Source of the DNA: Antedon mediterranea
Lineage: Eukaryota; Animalia; Echinodermata
Length of the DNA: 64,000 bases
Direction of reading: 5' to 3'
Assembly (NCBI RefSeq): GCF_964355755.1
Contig: NC_092671.1
Span: 14,632,001 to 14,696,000, forward strand
The translations under genes and the position numbers were made by a program. A model generated the notes under the pieces. The model did not search any database. It was given only the letters and a program-made list of their open reading frames with translations, and had not been told where the DNA came from. Each line of letters begins with the position of its first letter. The first letter of the stretch is position 1. This document shows positions 39,601 to 51,200 of this stretch, piece after piece.

Positions 39601-40549
39601 GGGTATACTCGACCCGACCAGTTTGGTATTGTATGTCTGTATCTGTTTATCACGTGACCATGCCAGGCATGGGCAGAGAGAGCACGTGTATCGTCGTCTC
39701 GCTCAGCAGGAATGTATACGTTACGCTTCATTGATTTTGAAGGCTTTCCCTAAGTCAGTGCCAAAATCGGCAAACGTAAAGTGCAAACATATCTAATTTT
39801 TCACTGTTTTGATGAATTTTCATAGAAAATTGACTTTATAAATGGGAAGACCGACTAAAATTACATCAGATAAGTATAATTTTACAAAAGTAATTGATAT
39901 GGTTAATGATAACGAGTCGTCGGAAGATTGACCATTTCACGAATTTCCTATTCTGTAACACCGTGTGTCATATCGCCGTAGCTGCACTTGTAATCTGGCC
40001 TCATTTCACAGCCTTCGTTCTGCTTCACTGGGCGCTTATATAAATTGAAACTTTTACCGCTCAAGAGACAAACAAATATATTTTACATTTTTTACTATTC
40101 ATTTTAAACCCGGAACCCCCCTTTAATACCATGGCAATACACGTGCTCGCAGTAACAACTCAAGACATCTCGGAACAACAAAAAAAGACCTCGTCAGTGA
40201 GATTTTCTACAAAATTGTCTTCACACTATGCAAACCTGGTTACTTACTTACTTTTTTCAGGTGTGAAAAGGGTATATTCTGTTATTATGAAAAAAAAAAC
40301 TGAATAGGTTTTATACACACATATTGTTTAAGTTTAGCTTTGACCAAAACATGCTTACTTTGAAAATTCAGTAAAATTAATATTTAATCATTGTTCCCCT
40401 GTACTTTTTACAGAGAATTGAATGAAGCTCTTAATGCCAACAAAGAAGAGGAGAAAACAACCTGCCCATTTTTTAAACCCATCGGTTCTAGAAGTTCAAG
40501 ATTGATAGGCAAAAAGGTCAACAGAAGTATGAGTGTCACAATATACTAA
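33682..40549 (+). CDS. WEE1: Wee1-like protein kinase (10 coding exons)
   Basis: [14 protein letters not shown] and NVNPFTP in exon 1 (33682-34403); [12 protein letters not shown] (~35216-35385); [16 protein letters not shown] (~35693-35815); [11 protein letters not shown]; YKIGDLGHV; VEEGDVRYL; last exon ~40413-40549 ends [12 protein letters not shown]. Confidence 0.97.
38382..40274. mobile_element. Older MITE split by the Kolobok-like insertion
   Basis: TACCCTTTTTACACCTG (38382) and CAGGTGTGAAAAGGGTA (ends 40274) form a 16/17 inverted repeat. TSD not clear. Confidence 0.6.
38550..40122. mobile_element. Non-autonomous Kolobok-like DNA transposon in the last WEE1 intron
   Basis: TTAA|AGGGGGATTCTGGGTTTAAAAT ... 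ATTTTAAACCCGGAACCCCCCT|TTAA. TTAA TSD with AG..CT ends. No intact transposase. Confidence 0.85.
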
Positions 40550-42379
40550 AAAAACAATGTGGCATGTCAAACTGTAACATATTATATCCATCGTTCCATA
40601 ATCACGGTAAAATATGATTCATGTCTCAATGTACAGTATATAGAAAATATACATTTTCTACTATTAGCAGTATGTTTATACTGTACCGGGGTAAACTAAA
40701 GACTGTTTAATTAAGTATAGAATAGTTAAGATACAACTATGTAGATAGAATTTTAGATTAGTGTATATTACCAGAGTTGTTTATTGTTTCATACTTTTAA
40801 TTTCAAAGCATTCTAATTTTAGATAAAAAGTACTAAATCATTAACTAAATGTTAATTAATGTTGAATTTCATTTATTCAATGTTCAACATTCCATATTAC
40901 AAAGACTATAAGGAAATGTTTTCATTAAATACAGATTTCTGGTCAATAAATGATTACCTAACAGCCACTGGTTATAATTTATGTACAGTATTACATAAAT
41001 TAGATAGCAGATGTTATAGATTGTCTTTATTTCTCTTTTCTCTGTTAAAGTAAATCTACCAGTAACAAAATGCTGATTGTATACAAACATTTTTAAATTA
41101 TCAACATAACATTTTTATCTTTTAAAAGATATTTAAGAGAAATGTATTTTGAGAATCCAACTGTCACAAAGAATGTCTTCAATTAAAATTGTACACTTTT
41201 TGATATATGTCATAACAATTTTAAGCAGTATGTTTTAAAATTTGATCATGTAGCTAAGAACATAATTTTTGTATTATGTTCCCCATTTTATATTAATACA
41301 GAATCCATTATACCATATTTTAATGTCATTTTTTTACAAAAAACAGTTAGTTCACATAATTTGTGTATTTTCATTCCATTTGTTGGTGTTTTATTGACTA
41401 CAGTATTTAGATTATCCATTTGTCAATGTTTTGTTACATCATATCAGAATTGTTTTACTCCTGCCATTAACTTGTTTTGTTGATTAATCATTAAGGTAAT
41501 ATAAGTAACCAGGTCCATGTTAATCCTAATACCACTTCACCTTCTATATTTGAGTTATATAGCTTAGTAATTATATCTAATCCTGTGGCTCCAGCCATAT
41601 ACTGTAACCTGAAGTGGACTACATCATACTTTGTATGTTTCAGGAACACTTTATATATATGATATTAACACATTTTTTACATTATGAGAATATAAAATAT
41701 ACAACCATTTTACTGTGCAAAAACATTGTAGTTCTAATCATTTTATATAGTAAAATACTATTTGCATACTTCATTTTTATAATAAATGTAATTATAGTAC
41801 ACTTTTAACGTGACTTGTCCGTCTCTTTTATAATATCCAAATATATAATCATGTCTGTGTGTATGACTGAGCTGCATTATTGTATAACTTCTTAGTTAGA
41901 CTTTCCGAGGTGAACAGAATTTTGTTGAAGCTTATGGGTTCTATAGAAAAGAGGCATGTGCAGCGAGAAGCAAAAAAAAAGTCTGTTTATAATCCAAAGC
42001 AGAAGTGATTTACAAACTGGTATCCATTGATGAATTTTGACCATATCCAATCACTATTTTATTTATGTTTTGGAATAAAAGTAACATTTTTACTATTTAA
42101 AAAATGGAGGTATAATCTATTTTTATTTATACCTCCATGTTTCAATGTAATGTACAGTAGTACATCTGCTTGGTATACACATTAGTAAATGTAAAAAATA
42201 CTCAGCAGTCAGAGCAGTTTACTTTACTATAAATAATAATAATATAATAAATTAACAATAAAAATAACAAATCAAATATTTCAAATAAGGTAATATGTCG
42301 TGGTTTTATTTTTTTTATTCATTGTCGCCGCATAAACAACCCACCAAACAAAAGTTCACCAAAAGTGTCATACATTATA

Positions 42380-42535
42380 TCCAATTAAATCACGATACAT
42401 TTACCACGTGATAAAATTATCCAATCACTGTACACATTGAGGCTAGTGGGCGGAGCGTAGACGCTATATTTTCGTTGGATACCGGTCGGTAGGTAGCCGG
42501 TCTTGTTTTGTTGCTATGGTCGCTTGGATACGTGT
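42380..42535 (+). promoter_or_regulatory. Promoter of the ODF3-like gene with RFX X-box-like sites
   Basis: CCAAT at 42381 and 42421, GC box GGGCGGAGC ~42448, GTTGCTATGGTCGC 42510-42523 overlapping GTCGCTTGGATAC 42519-42531. Probable non-coding exon donor GTGAGT at 42657. Confidence 0.6.
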
Positions 42536-43338
42536 GAATCTCTTTATTCTGCATGCACACAGAGTTGTTGTTAGTTGTCGCTATCTTCTATAGGGAAGTA
42601 GGTGCGAGCATACGAAAGTCTACATTTACTTTAATAATAGATACCTTATACATTTGGTGAGTTTACTTCTAAATTCGTCTATTTTGTATGAATGTGTTGT
42701 ATTACAGTTGTACGTATTTAATATTATTTAAGTTGTTTTGAACGTTATTAAAAAGTAAAAGTTTCATCATGCTTGACTGCAGCATGTTGTACTGTTTCTG
42801 TAATGATGATGGCGCAGCTGGAGTGAGAGACAAGGGAGTAGGCATCTGGTTACACCCGGTCTAGACAACCCGTGTAAAAACGAATCTATTCACTTTCTTA
42901 CTGCATAATTCAGTAATCGTTTAAAGTATTGGATTTCCTTCCTATCATTGTATAACACGCTGTATCTGGGCCTAGGAGGCGGGCCTATTCTTTTATTATC
43001 CACAGGCTTTAATCCCACAAAACTAGGTTAGTCAGTGTGAGTGACCAAACTTGATCCTACTAAAACTTACTACTACTATAGGCCTAATACTACTTCTAAC
43101 TAGACTGGCTACCTTTTTAATAAATTAGGGCTTATAGGCTATTCCTAAATATTAAGAAGATAGAAAATTGTAAAATTCTTTCAAGTCTTTCGTTTTAGCA
43201 CACATACATAGGCTAGCACAGCTTTTTAAAATAGAGTGTTATGCGCAATTTAAACAATTTAATTAGTTGTCCATAGGCCTATATTTTTATTTTATTTTTA
43301 TTTAATTTTCACATTTCAGCCTAAACTAGCCAATAAAG

Positions 43339-44744
43339 ATGAATGGAAACTGGGAGCCATGTCGTCCACGTCAAATGATTGCTGCAAAATTTAACAGCCC
43401 CGGGCCAGGAAATTATCTTTTACCAGGGTCTACCGGTATTCAGAACCATGATAGCAGGAAACATAAAGCTGCTGCATTTAGTTTTGGAGTACGCCATCAC
43501 AATTTTAGTGATCATTGCAGCCCAGGGCCAGCATACCTAGTAGATCCCCGATTCAATAATCGGGGTAGGAGCGGAGAGCCTCACTATTCTCTATATGGTC
43601 GACCAAAAGACCAAAAAGCCTTCAGTACTCCAGGACCTGGAACTTATTCACCCGAAAAGGCTGGTAGATCAACACGCTTTTCAGCGCCATGTTATTCTCT
43701 AGCGTCTCGAACAAGAGGTTCTAAATTTGACAAATCACCAGGTAAGATTACTTAAGTATCAAAGTGCAGTTCTTCGGTCATAAACAAATTGGTAATAATA
43801 AATTAGTAATTACATAGATAATAGATTATATTAAACTGCAACAATATCTCTATGGTTTATTAAAATTACATTTCATTATACTTAAAGTGGTGGAGGAGTG
43901 CAATTTTGGAAGCAACCCCACCACTTTTCAATTAATTTGCACAATATGCGAGACAAAATATATCATTATGTTATTGTAAGAATGACGTATTATATTTTAG
44001 GTATATTTAAATCTCAATTTCTTTCCACAGCTCCGAATTCGTACACACTTCCAGCAATTCTTGGAGGACGATCAATCGCAAAGTCTTCAAACCCAGTTTA
44101 TTCAATGACAGGAAGGAGTAAGATCGGTGGCTTTGATGAAGATCTACAAGGAACACCCGGGCCTGGAACATATCGTGTATCTGACCCTAGCATTTATAAA
44201 AACAAGGCTCCTTTATACTCAATGACTGGCCGTAATCAATTGCCTAGTGACTCAACTAGAAAACCTGGACCAGGAGCTCACAGTCCAGAGAAGGTACAGT
44301 ATACGCACTAGTTCTATTTGATTAATTTTAAAAAGTAAAATTTCATTAAAATAAAAAGCCAAAATGTTACAGCTGATCCACATAATTTGTTGCTAGCACA
44401 AACACTACAATAAAAAAAAAGTTGCATACTAAATATTGTACATGTAATGATAAAGTAAATTGAGCTTGGATACAGACATGTTGAGACAAAATTGTAAGTT
44501 AATTAAAGTATCGTCTTTATTATAACATAATAAAATAAGGTAATATTAATACCGTCTTTTTATTATAGATGCTGACAGATTTATGAACACAAATTTCTTT
44601 AAAAATTTATATTATGAACGACAAAAATAAAATTAATTTTCACAGGTACAAAATGGAAGTAAACAAAAGGCTCCTTCATATTCATTTGGTATCAGGCATT
44701 CAGACTATATAGCACCTTTAATTGTGGAATGCTCTGATTATTGA
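43339..44744 (+). CDS. ODF3: Outer dense fiber protein 3 / SHIPPO-1 (CIMAP1)-like, PGP-repeat protein
   Basis: Exons 43339-43741, 44031-44293, 44646-44744. Repeated SPGP/TPGPGxY motifs; ends APSYSFGIRHSDYIAPLIVECSDY*. Confidence 0.9.
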
Positions 44745-46277
44745 GGGCTTGGAATTGTTGTATATAAGTTGTAAGTGATTCATTTTAGCAGTTTGATGTT
44801 GGTGTGTCTTCTTATTTCATTTCATCCTAGTGCTGGCTATATATTTCAACAGTTTGTCTTAAATCATTTCTTTGTTTTATTCATCCTACTACATTTTTCA
44901 TTTGTGTGTTATGCTGACTAATAACTTACTAAAAAGAAAAATAACCATGTTTATTTAAAGTTCCGTAGCAATTAATCATTGACAGTACTTACGTATCTTA
45001 TTATGTGTTAATTGCATGTTGATTTATCAGCTAGTGGTTTAATCATTCACATTAAAGATACACTATCCGCTGTACTTCAAAATTGTACCTGTTTTTGTAT
45101 TTTAGGAATGCATTCATAATGTGTATCTATAATTTATTACGTTTTACAAGTTTTAGTGCACTTCACTTCACTTATTGATTGTTGGTTTGTCTATTTCTGT
45201 CAAATGTTGGTACATTAACAATTACTAATTTTAGCTTTTTCATGCACCCCTTAGCATAATGTATTCACTGATCTAATACTTGAAATATAAAATAAAAGTA
45301 TTTTAGACCTAGTTTGTAGTGTACAGTGTAGTAAAGGTTAAATTTTACAGAAAAAAAAACATATTTATTTGCTATCCAACCATGATCTACAAATTTGTAA
45401 ATAATTGTATGGTCAATGACTTGGCACAGAATTATCTAATCCTACACTATATAAAAATTGTATAAAAGATTTCTTAGTACTCTGTTTTGTTTACATTATA
45501 ACCCATTAGCAACCAGTAGCTGCAATGAATAGAGTTTTATTAAATTGGTTTGTCTGTAATCCTTACATGATGACAAAGGAGTATTGTGTTGTAATTGTGC
45601 AGTAGTAATGCTAATGGTTTAGAATATTTTTGACAATGGTGAAATGTGTTGTTGACAGTATTGTCTGTCAGTAATTAATATGTCCCTTAATACTCCAAAC
45701 CACTCATTAAATTATAATAATGCTGAACCATTTATATAGATCTATTTATGGACCGACAGATCCTCTAGGTGATTTTACAAAAACAAATAGTGAAATATTT
45801 GACTACTACTATATAGTCATATAATTTATTCATTACTAACAATTGTGCTTGCTTAAAACAAAAGTGAACTATTTTATTACTACTATATAGTCCATTTACT
45901 TCACAATTATGCATGATACGTCATTTTAAGGTTGTTTAGCATTATAACCACAATGTGGATCAATTGTTTTAATTTGTCATTATAATTTTAATGTTTGGTA
46001 TTATTTGAATGTTATATTATTGTATCTTCTTTTTAAATGGATTATTTTATTAGCTACTAAAAGTTACCAAGTTGGATATATTAAGAGGATATTTTGTTGG
46101 GTCCAGTGTTCCCTTAATAAGTTCTACTAGGTTGAACATACTAATCACTTCCTTAAATGCATAGGGATGATGCAAAATGGTAAAGAATATTTCCATCCAC
46201 ATTTCATGTCTTTTTTTAATGGTTATTACGTCAATGAATTAAATACTAAAGATTTTCTTTCCATTTTTTTTTAATAG

Positions 46278-46373
46278 GTGTATATAAACAAACCTCAACC
46301 ACCGCAATGTTCTTTTGGAATCCGACATACAGAGTATCTGACGCCAATGATCTGCGAACCCATTGATGCCTAA
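46278..46373 (+). CDS. Alternative terminal exon of the ODF3-like gene
   Basis: Polypyrimidine tract + TAG acceptor, phase 0, VYINKPQPPQCSFGIRHTEYLTPMICEPIDA*, AATAAA at 46387. Confidence 0.8.
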   Translation: MYINKPQPPQCSFGIRHTEYLTPMICEPIDA

Positions 46374-48293
46374 AGTTCACCCACACAATAAATCAAAGAT
46401 ATATTTTTATGTGATCCTGAAAATATTATCAATTATTTTAATCTACAATGAATTATGAACAAAAACTATTAATATAAAGCATTTAACTTATTATTGATGT
46501 GACCATTATATATAAAATGTGTATAAAAACCAACTTGATGAATAAGTGGTATTTTCTTGTTTACTGTGAGGATTGTGTTAGAGACTGTAACCAAAATATA
46601 CAGGTATGTACAGAATTGGGTGCGTTTCAATGCAAACTTAGAAATCGTGATTTGAAATTGAAGTTTCCTATTCTGTAGGCATCACATATTTAAGGGACCA
46701 GATGGCCACAAATTGGAGGCATACCTGGGCTATGATAATGGAGCGGCAATTATTCAATAATAAAGTTAAATCGGTGTTTAAAAAATACATTATAATTAAT
46801 AATAAAGACTGGTTGTAAAATTTATGCATTACGAGTGTTTTAATTAATAAATAAATAGCATGTAATTAATGGTATGTTTAAGTATAATACTAATGTGTTA
46901 AGGGGTTTTACTTCCGTCCATTCATCTGTACATAGATATTTTTGATGTGCTACTGTATTGAACAAGAGGGTGAACAAATACTGTATTAAACATTTAACTA
47001 AATATTTTTGTAAAAAATAAAAAAAACATATGTGAATAAAAATTATACAGTCTAAATAATTATAACCAAAGATATGGCAGCAAAATGTTTTATACCAAAT
47101 GTAGTAATATGTAATAGATTATAGAAATAATTCAAGATGAAACAGAATGCTGATATGTCGAAAGAAAATGGACGACTAATAATAAATCACTAAAAGTCTT
47201 GTAATTTGTAGTACGTAGAATATGATCATGAAAAATAAAGGTTTACATATTATTTGATTGAATGGTTTTTTATTTTGCAATAATTCGTTTTTAAAAAGCT
47301 TGTTATTTTGTGTCCGAGTTAGCTACTCTTGACAACATTACTTTATTTAGTTTTTACAAATTTAGGATAGGATTTCCTATATGCATTCTGTAGTCGAACA
47401 AATGTTTTATTACGCGACAAAAATGTGACTTGCACAAACAAGAGTAAAATAATATAACTGCATCATAGTATCTTTAATTTCAGAAACATTGCACTAATAG
47501 TGAACACCCAACAATAACATTTGTTTGCAATGTAAGAAACTTTAAAACTGAAACTATGCATTTTTAAAACTCTGCTGTTAATAAATATTTTTATATAATA
47601 CTCTATCTCAGATACATTCTTAACTTAAATAATGCTTTAGGTTCTTAAATTAAAGGTAATAATTTATAATCATATATTGCTACATACATTTCTATATATT
47701 TAAATATTTCATTGCACAATCCCTATATAATTTTAATGTGATACATTCTCTCTTTGTTTCTCTTCATACAAACTGGCTACATTTTATTTTTACTTCTCCT
47801 TGGTTACCAAGTACAACATAAACCTGTGATTAATGGTGTGGACTCCTCCTCTAAGTTGCCTGGCTATTGTTAAGCTTGTTTCGCTTAATGCAGTACGCTG
47901 TTAATGATTGCAAAGAGAAATAATAGTAGTGTTGACACTTGCAAACAGTCTTATTGATACAAGTTTGTCACTATACATACAAATTCAATAAGATGGCATT
48001 TCTATATTTATATACTCTCTACTCTGTGCATATTTCATTGACATACTTTAATTAAATTTACATACAGTAGTTGCTAATATTAATATTGCTATCATTAATA
48101 TAAACCATCAACCAAAACTTTGAATTTGAACAATAAATATTTGGATATATTAGAATTTTGGTTTACAAATCTTTTATTTTTACTTTTTCTTAAATACCCA
48201 GTATAAAAAACACAAAAACCTCTTCGTCCAGACACAGCTGAATTTTAATTATACTGAATATCATGCATTTGTTATTTAACAACTTAAACAAAT

Positions 48294-51200
48294 TTATTCA
48301 TCAAAAAATCCAAAAACAGAATCAGAATCAAACCATGGTATGTCATCGTTTACTGTGTCCACTGTGCTCTTCTTTTTCTTCTTTGCTTTTGGCTTACCAT
48401 CTCCAAAACCTTTAATCACATGACTTTTATTGGGCGCCTTCCTTAGACATCCCTTGCTTGCAGATGCTTTTTTCTGTGTAGTCTTTGTCTAAATGTTATT
48501 TAATTTTTATAACACATGTTATATTAACATAACAAATACTGTTACTTTTCACACCTATTAACAGGTTGTACAATTTTCAATAATACCGTATACTGTTTTG
48601 TCTTACCTCAGTTTCATTCTCATGTAACTCTGGGTAAAGCTTATAAAATTGATTTTCTTCTTCAGTTCCATTTGGTAATTTTACCTAAGAGTGTAAGTGA
48701 AATTATTGATTTGAGAAATTAATTAATTATAAACAGAAATTGGATAGCAACAGGATAATCAATTCAACATTGTATTTAAAGTAAAGTACTAGTAAAACAG
48801 TTATTCAGAAGTAAAACAAAAAAGTAAAGAACTTTAATGTTAACCATTAATTTAACATTAAACACTTGAATGGAAATACAAAATCTTTTTTCATTTAATT
48901 CATCAAGAAAGGATACTTTATTAATACGATGTAGAAACCATAATAATACTATACCCCACTGAATGAAATACATAATTAATGTATTGATCGTTATGGAATA
49001 AAACAACTGTATTGCAGGAACAATAAACTATAAATATATGATTATTGATCCTAACCTTTCTTTGTGGGGTATTTGCTTTACCCCTTGGAACTAGTTTTAG
49101 TACATTTTTCTTCATTTCATCAAAAGCATCATTTGTTGGAGTCTTTGAAGATGGTCTGACTCGCAAAGGTGCAACAATTTGACTTGGTGTTGTTGATTTC
49201 TTTCCTTTAGTATGTTGTGGTACATGATCAATCTATTAAAACAAAAGTTATTTTGAGCTGAAGAATTAATTTCTAAGTTAATAAATCAATTATAACGATT
49301 TTTAATTGTGCAGAAATCCAACCTTAGATTTCAAGTTCCAGCTAGTGGTTAGTGATTGAGAGTTTGTGAGTTCGAATCCCACAAATATTCTACAATTTAC
49401 TGTGGACATTTTTTTCCCTATATTTTAAATAATAATAGTTTACTTCAAGTTCCATAAGTTGAGAGGTTGATGAATCTGAGCAGCTGCTTTCATCATCACT
49501 TTCGGCAAATATTACACGTTTCTTCTTGGTTCTGCTTGATCCTTGTTTCAAGATTCCTTGTGGTAACGTTTCTAAAATAAACTCAAATTACTGTAATTAA
49601 ATTACTTCAAATGCCTTTTTTTTAATTTATATTTTAAGACTTTACAATGCAGGAATGTACACAATAAAAGTTTATGCCGGTTTTCACTAGAAAAAGGCAT
49701 CAGCTTTTACACAGCATATTTTATTTATTTATTTTATTACACCTTATTTATAGAGGGTGACCCTAAACAGCATATTATGCTGACAGTGACAGTGGCTGTG
49801 TGGATACTAGAACACCGGCGTAACCACCTACTCTTCTCGAAAGATGTAGTCGGTTCTTTAACCGTTCATCTTAAAAATCCCTCTCTGCGACAAATTCTAC
49901 CTTATTTCTAATTTTTGCAAAGCAAAAAAAAATCGCAACCCATTCAGGGCTTAAGAAATGCAAATCGAAAAACTTGTGTTAAAATGTAAACTCGATAAAA
50001 ATGGTAGCACGATTTTTTTCCTGTGAAACATTGGATTTGTGCAAACAAATTTGCCTAGTGGGAAACATGCTTTACGCATCTCATTTATATTTTGTTTTTA
50101 TTTACGTGTTATTGGTGTTCTCGGTGTCCTAGGTGTCACAGGTTGTCTAGGATTATATGCTTTAGTTGCCGGTATGTCAGCCATCATTGGACTTTGAGGA
50201 TGTACCCAATTTTGCTTTGGTGTCTTTGGTGTTTCAGAGTGACTGGCTTTAGTTACATCCATCTGGTGTTGAGCTTTCAATTCCAGTTCATTCTTCTGTA
50301 GTAGTAACAATGTTAAGCACAGAAAAAAAGAAGTCAAATGTTGATATTAAGTTTGCAGTACACGACGTATATTAGTTCTGAAAAGAAACTGTTGAGTTTC
50401 TCGACGTTTCGATAAATATGCTTTGATCGTCCTCATGATGAGGATAATATTACGTGGTGTACCGCAAACTTTATATCAACAAGTTTAGTATTTTATTACG
50501 ATAGAAACTATAAAGGAGTTTTCTAAATTAAATGATTCAAATTGTTTTTAACAATGAACTGATTTCTTTTAAAAAATACTTGTTTCTGTAGTTGATTTTC
50601 TAGTTCTTCTATTTTGTTGTTGTCCCTTTTCAATTGTTTTCTAGCATTGCTGAAGTCTTCAGAAACTTTCTCAGATTCCTCTTTTAGTTCTTTTATGTCA
50701 TCTTGCAGGCTTGTGAGCTAACAAAAAAAACACATGTTGTAAATTAAATGAAATTTCATGACATCGTAGACAAACCCCAATCAAAACATAGAATAATCCT
50801 AAGAAAATTTATAAAAACATAAATTAGGATATCACAACATAATTGGCATTTTGAGCAGTATATGTGCTATTCTTCTACTGCCTTTGCAGAACTTAATTGA
50901 TAGTGTAATCAAAATTCCCCGAATTACCTCATCATCTTTTGTCTTCATGAGCGCAATTACTTTCTTTTCAAGTTTTTCTATTTCTCTATGTTTCGACAAA
51001 ATAATCTTGTCATTTTCCATCTAAGTCCAGAAAAAAAATATTACATTCTTGATTAAATCATTATTTTGCAATGGCTGACTATTTATATAGGCGCTATCAA
51101 TTATCATGTTTAATTGTGTAAAAATAAATCATTTGTACAGTATCCATCTGTGATTGAACTACGTGGATAGGTTAATGCTTCTAACATGTGTAATGTCAAC

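Noticed and set aside
39060-39800. Transposase or THAP remnant in the Kolobok-like element (ORFs 39491-39796, 39495-39731)
   Set aside because: Only a vague resemblance (FTSDCVER); no convincing motif without a profile search.
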